Below are positions 29,801 to 38,261 of a stretch of DNA of 64,000 nt, one piece after another. The position numbers and the translations under genes are program-made. Numbering within the stretch: position 1 is the stretch's first letter; every line of letters begins with the position of its first letter. The DNA is taken from IMG/VR virus record IMGVR_UViG_3300025620_000004, positions 8,865 through 72,864 of that record, one strand, 5' to 3'. Below the pieces are notes generated by a model that did no database searches, was not told the origin of the DNA, and saw only the letters and a list, made by a program, of their open reading frames with translations. The DNA comes from a virus.

Positions 29801-31062
29801 CTACAACTACTCGTAGTACAACGACTACGTATACCACTGCGTTTTCTACAACTTTTAATACGTCGTTAAGTACAACTACTACATTTACTACTACATTTGG
29901 CACTACGACTACTAGGGCTACAACGACTGCGTTTAATACTAATACTACGCTTGCTACTACAACTGCTTATACTACTACGTTTACTACTACTTTTGCAACA
30001 AGTAAAAGTACTACTACCGCGTTTACTACTACTTTTGCGACAGCTACAAGTAAAAGTACAACTACTACTTTCAATACTACGTTCGCTACAAGCAAAAGTA
30101 CTGGCTGTGTGTATACTACTGCATATACTACTACATTTGGTACCAGTAATATAACATCAAAGGCAACTACGACAGCATTCCTAACCGCTACTAGTAAAAC
30201 AACTACTAGTACGTATACTACTACTTTTGCCACAAGTAAAGGTACTTCGAAAACGACCACTAGTACATATACTACTATATTTAATACTAGTAATGTAACC
30301 GATAAATCAACTACTACGGCGTTTAATACTACTACATCTCGTTCTACTACGAAAGACACTACTACTACGTTTATAACTAGTAGAACTACTACGAATGAAA
30401 CTGGTTGCACCTATACTACTACTTTCGCAACGAGCCGAGGTACAACTAAAGACACAACTACTGCATTCTCTACTGCCACATCCAGAACTACTAATTTTGA
30501 TACTACAACTGTATTTGATAGTTCCAGAAGTACAACAAAGAGCACTAGTAGCCAGTATACCACTGTCTTTAATACTAACCGAGGCACTAGCAAGTCCACT
30601 ACCTCTGTATTTAATACTGCAACCAGTAGAGGCACTGATCATCAGACAAGCACCGTATATGATACAACAGGAGGAACTTCTAGAGTTACTTCGAGTGCAT
30701 TTGTTACTGTATTTAATACGACTGTAACTACGGATAAAAGTACCACTACAGCATTCGATACCTCCAGAGCCACTACTAAAAGCACTACCAGTAATTATAC
30801 TACTACGTTTGCTACTTCTAAGAGCACGCAAGTTACTACAACTACTGCATTCTCTACAGTTTATAATACTACTCGTAGTACTACTACTACGCGTACAACT
30901 ACTTTTGAAACGAGCAAATCGACTTCAAGAGCTACCACTACTACGTTCGGAACAAACACAGTTGTTTATGAGCGTATCACAAGTACAGGAGTTGAGACCG
31001 AGGTTTCATCTTCTTCTGCACACAACTCACGATATTGGGATGGATCACAATGGACGGAATAA
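26836..31062 (+). CDS. Thr-rich self-complementary fibre protein (predicted giant antiparallel beta-hairpin)
   Basis: 1408 aa; 50-aa N-cap (KVWNGS) and ~30-aa C-cap (YWDGSQW) flank T-x-(T-x)-Z-x units whose order and lengths mirror about residue ~715. Confidence 0.85.
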   Translation: MTIKVWNGSAVQEPEQIVVKAAAGTLRFVNYVVQKVTDGSLNTVWNAIYNTSRSTDTSRSSTTTFTTTFDTSASTNINTTTGFDTIRGTTRSTSSTFTTAYDTSAVTSKSTTTAYSTTFGTTASTTTTYVSNFDTTRGTTVNTTTSFNTTFATSKDTTTAFTTTFDTATSVATTTAFTTTFETTRATAVDTTTTFTTTFATSKTTNTVFTTTFNTTTTRTTTTAYTTTFNTSKTTLRNTTTTYTTSFNTTKSTVTTFNTEFATGTSRATTTTYTTTFNTTRSTTIDTTTAYTTTFNTTRSTTIDTTTTFNTTTTRSTTTTYTTNFNTSRGTSKSTTVNTTTTFDTSRSTSKSTTTVFNTQTSRGTDRATTTTFNTSRSTSRGTSKSTTTTFLTGTSRSTTTAFVTQTSKSTSRATTSVYDTSRGTSRVTSKATTTAFATGTSRSTTTAYATSRGTSRATSRGTTTVFGTTTSRGTTTAFNTTTTFTTTRASNTVYATSRTTGTSRSTTTAFATATSRSTGESRSTTTTFNTSRGTTFGTTTVFVTATSRGTGESRGTTTSRGTATSRTTSFNTTTSFGTTTAYTTTSSFTTTFATTTAYTTTTAFTTTFSTTTAYTTTTSFTTAFGTTTAYTTTTSYTTTTTFGTTTAYTTYYTASTSRGTTTSRGTSRGTSRGTSRSTTTAFVGQTAYASLVVRTTTFTTYYNTAYTTYYYSRSHTSRGTLRATSRSTSRTTTFYQDVRHDTAKSRGTTTAFTTSYTTYWSTTFGTTTTFGTAKSRATSRSTATSRGTGESRGTGESRSTTTSRGTNRATAESRGTATSRGTSRATAESRSTATSRGTSRGTGESRSTTTSRATGTSRTTTFTTTTSFGTTTAYTTTTTFGTATSRGTTTSRTTTFGTNRSTTTAYTTTTTFNTITSKATTTAFGTTTTFDTSKSTTTTYNTNRATGTSRGTTTAFVTATSKSTTTAYTTSFTTTFGTSKSTTTSFNTTTTRSTTTTYTTAFSTTFNTSLSTTTTFTTTFGTTTTRATTTAFNTNTTLATTTAYTTTFTTTFATSKSTTTAFTTTFATATSKSTTTTFNTTFATSKSTGCVYTTAYTTTFGTSNITSKATTTAFLTATSKTTTSTYTTTFATSKGTSKTTTSTYTTIFNTSNVTDKSTTTAFNTTTSRSTTKDTTTTFITSRTTTNETGCTYTTTFATSRGTTKDTTTAFSTATSRTTNFDTTTVFDSSRSTTKSTSSQYTTVFNTNRGTSKSTTSVFNTATSRGTDHQTSTVYDTTGGTSRVTSSAFVTVFNTTVTTDKSTTTAFDTSRATTKSTTSNYTTTFATSKSTQVTTTTAFSTVYNTTRSTTTTRTTTFETSKSTSRATTTTFGTNTVVYERITSTGVETEVSSSSAHNSRYWDGSQWTE
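26986..30969 (+). repeat. Degenerate 12/18-nt codon-level repeat array (ACN-rich)
   Basis: About 265 units of 4 or 6 codons; includes 48-nt tandem duplications at 28600-28695 and 29260-29355 and a 54-nt one at 27640-27747. Confidence 0.85.
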
Positions 31063-31187
31063 CCCTCAAAGAATTAAACCACAAAATAGAAACAACTTTA
31101 GAAATAGTCATGGAGCACTTCGTAGAAATGGAAGAGCGAATGGAAGATTTAGAGACTCAGCTTGAGGAATTACAGGATGGGGCTTAA
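31050..31187 (+). CDS. Small acidic coiled-coil protein (45 aa, not in ORF track)
   Basis: Hand translation MDGITLKELNHKIETTLEIVMEHFVEMEERMEDLETQLEELQDGA; overlaps both neighbours. Confidence 0.65.
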   Translation: MDGITLKELNHKIETTLEIVMEHFVEMEERMEDLETQLEELQDGA

Positions 31188-32049
31188 AAGACTAGCAGAT
31201 AAAGATGAGCTAGGAAATAAGGCAGCACACTTCTTTAAGTCTGGTAATATAATGCGTACAGACGAAAACGATGAAGTTACAAAACTGAAAGAGCTGCTTC
31301 CTGCCCGAGGAAACTGGGGAACACCTTTAGAATACGATGTCTGGTACGATATTGCGGAAGAAGAAATTGCTGGGTATACGTACACCGATTGTTTTTCTAA
31401 ATGTATAATGATACGTGTCGCGTCTTACGAGAAAGCAAATCGTACAATGAGACTAGCAGCCAAAGAGCCTATAAGCGAAGAAGGTTTAGCTATTTTTAAC
31501 GAACTCCGTGATAATAGTCACGATAAGTATAAACTTAGCAAAAGAAAACAAAAGCAGCATAAGTTTGTAATCTTTCTCCCAGGTACTAATATCATAGACA
31601 AAGTTTTAAATTACGATAAAGCTAAAAGGGCAGTGGCACAAGGTGCTGTACTAAAATGCCATCCTTTAACAGCTCCCGGAATGGTAGCATATCTCAAATC
31701 AGAGTTTGGTAGAGAGAATGTTATAGACAAGAAACTGTCTGGCCATAAACTTCTGGATGAGGCTGATATTGTAGGTTGTTGTAGCAACTCTGAAATGGGC
31801 TTGCTTGCAATTGCGAAAGGGAAAACAGTATACACTTTTGACTCAAAACCTGATTTACAGACTACTTACGGAGCAATCTACAGAGCAATCTGGGGTAAGG
31901 ATGATATGCCTAGCGTGAATAGATTTAAGAGATTACTTTCCTCAAAGTATTCCGGTATCATTCCTTACTTTATAGACAACCCGCAAGAAAGAATAAACTA
32001 TTATTTTAATTTTTGGAAAGCAAACCCCCATGCAATACCTCGTAATTGA
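31177..32049 (+). CDS. KpsS/KpsC (Capsule_synth)-like glycosyltransferase
   Basis: K.HP motif (LKCHP) and ADIV...NSEMGLLAIAKGKTV resembling the NS..G.EA...GK.V motif; start ATG 31177 with GAGGA RBS. Confidence 0.6.
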   Translation: MGLKRLADKDELGNKAAHFFKSGNIMRTDENDEVTKLKELLPARGNWGTPLEYDVWYDIAEEEIAGYTYTDCFSKCIMIRVASYEKANRTMRLAAKEPISEEGLAIFNELRDNSHDKYKLSKRKQKQHKFVIFLPGTNIIDKVLNYDKAKRAVAQGAVLKCHPLTAPGMVAYLKSEFGRENVIDKKLSGHKLLDEADIVGCCSNSEMGLLAIAKGKTVYTFDSKPDLQTTYGAIYRAIWGKDDMPSVNRFKRLLSSKYSGIIPYFIDNPQERINYYFNFWKANPHAIPRN

Positions 32050-32737
32050 AAATGAGTTTACAGCCCTTACTGTAAACTCTATAAAACAAAACATGCCTGA
32101 TGCAAAATACGTGACTGCCCCTATGGGAGAGGGCAGGATTCAGACAGCTTTAAAACTGTGCACAGAGCCTACTATGGTAGTTACAGGCGGTATTATACTC
32201 AATATAAAAGAAGGAGATTTACCAGACCCTAAAGTGCTGGAAACTAAACACTTGGCAATGAGTAGAGAAGCAGTTTTTGCAGATCACCCTAGATGGAACC
32301 GGAACTATGAACTCATAAAAAGTCGTTTGCATGACGGAGTTGTGGATATGTCTATTTTTATTATTAACCCTGTAAAATGGAAAAAGATACCTAAAAAAGA
32401 TATTAATTTTTTACTTGGAAAAAAGATATTGTATATGCCAAGATATATGAATCATAGAGATGATCCAACACTAGGAACTTGTATGGGTGGAAAAGATATA
32501 CTGGCATATGCGTCTTTGGGAGAGGACGCCTCTGTGCATAACTATCTTACTCACCTATACTCAGGAAAAGCTAGTGTAAGAGAGACGTTTGGATGTTGTT
32601 TTGATAAGCTACTACCCTATACGGAAGGTTTAGACGAAAGAGAAAAAGAGATAGTAGAAAAACTAGGTAATCTTACAAAGGTAAGGGTAGGAAAGTTAAG
32701 GCAGATGATGATAGACAGAAAAAAAGCCCCTGATTAA
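32030..32737 (+). CDS. Degenerate GT-A/GT8-like protein
   Basis: LTVNSI..N.P, DMSIFIINP..W, MPRYMN resemble GT8; canonical DxD absent. Confidence 0.45.
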   Translation: MQYLVIENEFTALTVNSIKQNMPDAKYVTAPMGEGRIQTALKLCTEPTMVVTGGIILNIKEGDLPDPKVLETKHLAMSREAVFADHPRWNRNYELIKSRLHDGVVDMSIFIINPVKWKKIPKKDINFLLGKKILYMPRYMNHRDDPTLGTCMGGKDILAYASLGEDASVHNYLTHLYSGKASVRETFGCCFDKLLPYTEGLDEREKEIVEKLGNLTKVRVGKLRQMMIDRKKAPD

Positions 32738-32750
32738 AGGGGCTTTCTTC
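32717..32750. terminator. Bidirectional terminator at convergence of structural and replication arms
   Basis: gaaaaAAAGCCCC-tgattaaa-GGGGCTTTcttc. Confidence 0.8.
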
Positions 32751-32751
32751 G

Positions 32752-33228
32752 TTATGGATGTACTGGAAAAGTAATCTGTGCTTGTAGCATTTCTGCTATG
32801 CTTTCCACCTGCTCTTCCGTTGCCCAGACAATACCTAAATTGAACTGAATAACTCCAGGTTTGATACCTGCTTTAGTACACATATTCTCAAAAGCTAAGG
32901 CATACTTGCACACTGCCTCTGGAAACTCGTCAACTAGATTAATTTCTTCTATATTGACTCTTATGTCCATTAGACCTTCTCTTTTGAAAGTCTGTATTTC
33001 TGGACAATCTTCGTTAATATACAGTGCATCTTTCTTTGCATCTGCTCTATTAAACTCAGAGTTACCAAAGTTAGGGAAAGATAGTGAAATGTCTGGAAAC
33101 CAGATATTACTACCAAAACTCTCTACTCTATCATTTTGCTCCACGTTATTTCTGGCAAGATCATCAAGCATACCTAAGTAGCTTAACTCACTACCAAAAC
33201 GAGGGTCTTGTTCTTGTTGTTCACTCAT
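32752..33228 (-). CDS. Hypothetical protein
   Basis: 158-aa ORF downstream of nrdJ with AGGA RBS. Confidence 0.6.
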   Translation of the reverse strand: MSEQQEQDPRFGSELSYLGMLDDLARNNVEQNDRVESFGSNIWFPDISLSFPNFGNSEFNRADAKKDALYINEDCPEIQTFKREGLMDIRVNIEEINLVDEFPEAVCKYALAFENMCTKAGIKPGVIQFNLGIVWATEEQVESIAEMLQAQITFPVHP

Positions 33229-33239
33229 TTTTATATTCC

Positions 33240-35120
33240 TTATACGATCTCACAAGCACCGCCAACACAGGCGAGTTCTTGAGATCCAGTTGTGTTATCT
33301 TCTTTCTCAAACTGAGCTAAATCTTCCCAGTTTACATTTTGTGGCATAGCCGCCACAAGCTTTTGGTACTCTTCTTCATTTATATCTTCGTATGGAGCTT
33401 GCTGATAAGTGTGATCACTTGTCGGAAGCAAACTAATACCAGAACATAGATCAAAATTATCCCAAATCCACTGTGATACTTGCAAGTATTCACTATCAGT
33501 ATAGTATACAGTCACACTCGGTTTGTGCTCACACCAGTGATTCTGATAAGCTTTCCATAACCTTAGCTGATGCATTGCACCTACGTCTCGTACACAAGTA
33601 CTTGCTTCTGGAGACTTAACAGGAAAGCTAAAGACTACAGAAGTAGGAGACATTACATCTTGTTCCATGGGAAACCCTGCTTGTTCCATATAGAGAGCAA
33701 GTGGGTCTTTTTTGTCTGAACGTACTCTCCGAATGTAATGCTTAGAGAAGCGAGGATGTATACCGGAAGCACTATCAACAAGCTGAGACACAGTACCAGA
33801 TGGCTTAACACACGTAATAGCGACAGACTGATTAACACCAAGCCTTTCAGCCCATTCTTTATTTGTTTCAATACTAACATCTCTCATCTCCTCTAGCCAT
33901 TCTGGCAGTATGTCTGAGTCAGGGTTTCCTAGGACTGCATGATCCATGATACCTGTTAGACTTACTCCCAACAATGCTTCTTCTTCAGTGTTACGCTTCC
34001 AACGCACTCGCAGATATCTAAAGTCTGTTAAAGTAGACTGTAGTGTACCAATGATTGTTGCTTTGCGTACTTTTTCTTTTAATGTTTCTAACGTGTCGTC
34101 TGCTCGTACAACTACTTCTGACAAGTTACAAAACTCGTTGCTTCGTAGAATAATCTCGGAACAAGGGTTAGTACCAAAATCATGCTCAGGGTCACGACGA
34201 CCATTACGACCTGCAATTTTCTGTGCCGCTACGCGACTGAACAACCCACGCTCACCAGATTTAGACTCATATAGATTCTTCATCTCGGTCAAGAACGCTT
34301 CGAAGTCAGGCTTTTCTGTATATGCTACAGAATTGTTTGCAAGCCTACGCTGGCCTTGGTCAATCCACCACTGACCTGATTTAGCTTTTGACATACGCTG
34401 ATCTGAAAGATTAGAAAGACTAATCAAAGCTGACCTACGAACGCCACCAACTACTACAATATCAGCAATCTTACAGCAGACATCATGACACTCAATACTT
34501 GTAAGTTTACGTCCCTTTGCTTTCTGGAATATTTCTACACAGAAACGGAACAAGTCTTGCAAAGGCTCTGGGCCACTTGCTCTACCACCAAAAGTTTTAA
34601 GTCTAGCACCTGCTGGACGTACTCGGCTCATATCCCACTGAGGTAATTTACCTGCATAAAGCATGGCAATCAACTCACGAAAGGCACTCGCCCATCCTAG
34701 CTTACTATCGCTTACTACGATTGTAGAACTTGTTTTGTGGAATGTTTCTGCTACTTCTGGTAGCTTATTGATGAAGTTACGTTCTACACTAAAGCCTACG
34801 CCTGTGCCACACATCAATACATACATCAGCTCGTCAAAAGCTCGTGGATGGTCGATATGCAAATAGCTACAGTTAAAGCCTGCTACGTTATCACGTTTCA
34901 ACGCTTCACCTGCTGTCATCATACAACGCATAGAAGGCATAACTTCTAAAGCATTAATGGCATTCCAGATTTCTTGACCACTTTCGTCGTCTAACTGTTC
35001 TCTTTCTTTAAAGAAATCAACATAGCGACTACAGGTTTCATCCCATGTTTCTCTGCGGCCTTCGTCCTCTAGCCATCGTGCGTATCTGCTTTTATGAATA
35101 AAACTTTGATACTGATCCAT
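33240..35120 (-). CDS. nrdJ: Class II (adenosylcobalamin-dependent) ribonucleotide reductase
   Basis: FNCSY, GTNPCSEI, CNLSEV, TCVKPSGT, C-terminal CVGGACEI; no NrdB partner. Confidence 0.92.
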   Translation of the reverse strand: MDQYQSFIHKSRYARWLEDEGRRETWDETCSRYVDFFKEREQLDDESGQEIWNAINALEVMPSMRCMMTAGEALKRDNVAGFNCSYLHIDHPRAFDELMYVLMCGTGVGFSVERNFINKLPEVAETFHKTSSTIVVSDSKLGWASAFRELIAMLYAGKLPQWDMSRVRPAGARLKTFGGRASGPEPLQDLFRFCVEIFQKAKGRKLTSIECHDVCCKIADIVVVGGVRRSALISLSNLSDQRMSKAKSGQWWIDQGQRRLANNSVAYTEKPDFEAFLTEMKNLYESKSGERGLFSRVAAQKIAGRNGRRDPEHDFGTNPCSEIILRSNEFCNLSEVVVRADDTLETLKEKVRKATIIGTLQSTLTDFRYLRVRWKRNTEEEALLGVSLTGIMDHAVLGNPDSDILPEWLEEMRDVSIETNKEWAERLGVNQSVAITCVKPSGTVSQLVDSASGIHPRFSKHYIRRVRSDKKDPLALYMEQAGFPMEQDVMSPTSVVFSFPVKSPEASTCVRDVGAMHQLRLWKAYQNHWCEHKPSVTVYYTDSEYLQVSQWIWDNFDLCSGISLLPTSDHTYQQAPYEDINEEEYQKLVAAMPQNVNWEDLAQFEKEDNTTGSQELACVGGACEIV

Positions 35121-35941
35121 TATACCATTCTCTCCTCAATATTGGACACATTGTCCTTGCCTATTGCGTCATCGCAATATGTTACTAAATCCATCAACTC
35201 ATAGTTCTTTAGCAGTACTTCTGCGTTTTCATTCAATTCTTGTATGTACTTGTATTTGCCCTCGATGGGTATACAATCATAAATTGACATGGCATCGCCA
35301 TACTGTTCTATAAGTTGTTGTGCTCTTTTCGGCCCTATGCCGTTGATTCCTGGGACATTATCACCTTTATCTCCTGTTAAACACTTGAAAGAGATATACT
35401 CTTCTGGTTTAACTTCGTAGTGCTCATGCCAGTTATCTATTGTTACCTCTTTTCGAGTAACGTAAGAAAATCTACTTACACCGTCCTGAATCAATAAGTC
35501 CCAGTCTCGGTCACTAGATACCAGCCAGATATTTTCTAATCCGTACTGTTTTCTTTGCTTTACAAGGTGGGCAGCAAGATCATCTGCCTCTACACCTTTG
35601 TAGCGAAGAACGTCATAGCTTTCTGACAGTAATTCTAGTGTTTCTTCGTACTCTTCAAAGAAGTCAATAAATGCTTGCTTCTCTGCTTCAGTTTGTTCAG
35701 CATACTTATCTTTTCGATTCTGCTTGTACTCTGGTAATATCTCTTTTCTATAACTAGATGATCCCCAATCTGCGGTAATAATAACCTTACCACAATTGTA
35801 AGATGTTGCTAGAGATCTTACTGTTTCTACATACTGATGTCTAAAATCTGTTCTGCCTTGATGCTTCCACCGAAAAGCTAAGTTTAGTGCATCTACTATG
35901 AGTACACCATCTTGGTTGCGTTCGTTAAAATTAAAAGCCAC
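35120..35941 (-). CDS. D15: Flap endonuclease / 5'-3' exonuclease (T5 D15-like)
   Basis: IVDALNLAFR, YKQNR, GVEADD, SSDRDW, GDKGDNVPGINGIGPK. Confidence 0.92.
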   Translation of the reverse strand: MAFNFNERNQDGVLIVDALNLAFRWKHQGRTDFRHQYVETVRSLATSYNCGKVIITADWGSSSYRKEILPEYKQNRKDKYAEQTEAEKQAFIDFFEEYEETLELLSESYDVLRYKGVEADDLAAHLVKQRKQYGLENIWLVSSDRDWDLLIQDGVSRFSYVTRKEVTIDNWHEHYEVKPEEYISFKCLTGDKGDNVPGINGIGPKRAQQLIEQYGDAMSIYDCIPIEGKYKYIQELNENAEVLLKNYELMDLVTYCDDAIGKDNVSNIEERMV

Positions 35942-36377
35942 CTATCCACTCCGTCTTTTCTGTTTTTAACCAATCATCTGCTAGTAGTACATAACAATTC
36001 AAAAAACGAATATACAGATACTCATCTGTGCCTTCTGGTTTGTTTTCTGTTACTACAAATACTTTAGATCGGTCATATTTAAAGAATAACAAGGGCTTTT
36101 GATCGCCACCTGCTGCTTGTATTACAATCTTCTTCCACCATCTGATAATGTTATTTGTTTTCGGTTGTGTGAATATCTTATCAGTCAGCGGTGAGTCTTT
36201 ATAATTTTTTACCTCTATACAATAATGATTTCTCTGATTAGGGACATATAAGTCCCCTTTCAGATATTCAAGAGCACCCGAGGCAGGCACTCTCTCAAAT
36301 TTCAGTCCGGTCGCTTCCCTCAGCATGTCCCTCACCAGGTACTCGCCTCTCGCTCCCTTCGCTCTCGAATCTACCAT
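35931..36377 (-). CDS. D14: Holliday-junction-resolvase-like endonuclease (T5 D14-like)
   Basis: SRAKGARGE...RVPASGA...KGD...IEVK PD-(D/E)xK motif. Confidence 0.85.
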   Translation of the reverse strand: MVDSRAKGARGEYLVRDMLREATGLKFERVPASGALEYLKGDLYVPNQRNHYCIEVKNYKDSPLTDKIFTQPKTNNIIRWWKKIVIQAAGGDQKPLLFFKYDRSKVFVVTENKPEGTDEYLYIRFLNCYVLLADDWLKTEKTEWIGGF

Positions 36378-36470
36378 CTTCGTCCTCTTCGTTCTTCTTG
36401 GGATCTGATCTTACTTGTTCCCAGTGATTTTGTTGTGCCCACCACATTCTTCGTCTACCTGCGCTCATCC

Positions 36471-38261
36471 TTACTCCAATACGCTAGTGTTTCCATCCTT
36501 GACTACTTCGATCTTCTCTAACAGTGGGTGAGACCAACCATGAGAAACTAGATAAGTATTCATATCTTCTCGTAGTAGAACTTCTACTATGCGCTCCTTT
36601 CCGGCATCATCAAGAACACTAATAACTTCATCTAAAAACAATACATTGATTTTAGACTTCGATATACTACTCATTAATCTACGAATAGCTATCAAAGTAG
36701 CAGTATTTACTCTCGCCAACTCGCCAGATGAAAGTGCTAGAATATCTACTACATTACCATTATCAGTAATTTCTACATTTAATTTATCGTTTGATACGAC
36801 AAACTCTAGTGTAAACCTGCCGTCAGAGAGTTCAGCCAAGTACTCATTTGCTAACTCTTCGAGTTCTCCGACTAAGTTTTCAATCTTGTATGCAAGTAAA
36901 CCATTTGTACTAAAAGACTTTTTCAGAATGTCAAGTTCTGTTTCTAGTTTTTGGTTGCCTGCTAGTTTGCCATCGTATTCTTCTTGCTGTTCAACGAACT
37001 CTGCTGTCTGCTCTTGTATTACTTGAATACGAGTATTGAGTCTTGTTCGTCTTTCATTCTCTGCTGCATTTTCTGCCAATTGGGTTCTGGCTTCGGATAA
37101 TACGCTCTTTAGTTCCGCGATTTTTGAATCTACTTCAGACTCCTCCAGTATAGCACTTGGCAGAGATTTGTCGTACGAGCGATATAAGTCTTCCCAATTC
37201 TTTCGGTCTTTCTCATTCTGCTCAAAGATTGCATTGTTTGCTTTAATCTCATGAATTTGAGGACGAATCTTCATAGCTCTGCCATGAGCTTCATCACGCT
37301 TCACACGCTCCACTCCAATCATTGCTTTCTCGGAAGAAACATCAATAGGTTGCTTACAAGTGGGACACTCATCAGAAATTTTCTCTAATCTGTCCAGAGT
37401 CCGTTGAGCACCCGTAGCGACTGCTTGTAAAGACCCTAACTCTTCTTGTAAATCATCGTAAGATTGCCAAGAAATTGTACTAGAAGAAATAGCACCGATG
37501 TCTATCTTGTCCAGCATTGTTTTATATTCATTATTCTCTCGAATTTTTTTATTTTTTTCAGAGATATTTTCCTTCTCTGTCATCCAATAACGTAAAGACT
37601 CTTCATCTTTGGATGTATTAATTTCTAAATCGAGCATGGGTAGTATGTTGGTATCACTCAATTTATTTGTTTCTAACCATTTTTCTACTGTTGCAAGTTT
37701 CCCCGCTATTGTAGATGACGTATTCGATACCTCTCTAGAAGCAGATTTGAATATTTCAAATAACTCAACATACTTTTCTAGGTGCAGAAGATCAATAAGA
37801 AACTTCTTACGATTCGCATCTGTAGCAGTTAGAAACTGTAAACTCGCATTAGTATTTTGATATACTAACTGCGAAAAGGTTTTAAAGTCAACTCCGAGAA
37901 TCTCTTGTAGAGTCTTGTACGTATTCGTAGCTGTGTGGCTAGATATATCTGTACCATTCTTTTCAAGTTTAACTTTTATATTTGTTTTGCGATTAACGGT
38001 GATCTGATAACTATCTTCATCTTTCGTAAAAGACAAAGAGATGTTATAACCATCATTCACATAACGATTAGGAATGTCTGCTTTTTTGATACCCTTAGAG
38101 TTCTTGTTATACAGTGCTTCCTCAATGATTAACGGGATGGAGGACTTCCCCATCCCGTTAGTACCAAGGATTTGTGTAACAGTGTTATCGTCTAATTGTA
38201 ACTCATTACCAGAACCATAACTAAAGCAGTTATCCCATCTCAATGTTTGTAGTGTAATCAT
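36471..38261 (-). CDS. D13: SbcC/Rad50-like ATPase (T5 D13-like)
   Basis: GTNGMGKSS, CPTC zinc hook, LSSGE, LFLDE. Confidence 0.92.
   Translation of the reverse strand: MITLQTLRWDNCFSYGSGNELQLDDNTVTQILGTNGMGKSSIPLIIEEALYNKNSKGIKKADIPNRYVNDGYNISLSFTKDEDSYQITVNRKTNIKVKLEKNGTDISSHTATNTYKTLQEILGVDFKTFSQLVYQNTNASLQFLTATDANRKKFLIDLLHLEKYVELFEIFKSASREVSNTSSTIAGKLATVEKWLETNKLSDTNILPMLDLEINTSKDEESLRYWMTEKENISEKNKKIRENNEYKTMLDKIDIGAISSSTISWQSYDDLQEELGSLQAVATGAQRTLDRLEKISDECPTCKQPIDVSSEKAMIGVERVKRDEAHGRAMKIRPQIHEIKANNAIFEQNEKDRKNWEDLYRSYDKSLPSAILEESEVDSKIAELKSVLSEARTQLAENAAENERRTRLNTRIQVIQEQTAEFVEQQEEYDGKLAGNQKLETELDILKKSFSTNGLLAYKIENLVGELEELANEYLAELSDGRFTLEFVVSNDKLNVEITDNGNVVDILALSSGELARVNTATLIAIRRLMSSISKSKINVLFLDEVISVLDDAGKERIVEVLLREDMNTYLVSHGWSHPLLEKIEVVKDGNTSVLE

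Noticed and set aside
26979-30831. Long Val-rich minus-strand ORFs and Leu-rich alternate-frame ORFs over the Thr-rich gene
   Set aside because: Shadows of ACN codon runs (GTN antisense, CTA/CTN in the +1 frame); no RBS or independent features.
26986-30969. DNA-level inverted repeat or invertible segment explaining the protein symmetry
   Set aside because: Both arms are ACN-rich on the same strand, whereas a DNA palindrome would make one arm GT-rich. The symmetry exists only at the amino-acid level, and no invertase is nearby.
26836-31062. Ice-nucleation/antifreeze protein or simple disordered mucin
   Set aside because: Lacks the fixed-period Gly-turn coils of InaZ-type or TxT solenoids and the Pro content of mucins; neither explains long-range mirror complementarity. 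Ice binding by the Thr face is not formally excluded.
36295-36468. 57-aa minus-strand ORF between D13 and D14
   Set aside because: About half overlaps D14 and it has no recognisable motif; insufficient support.
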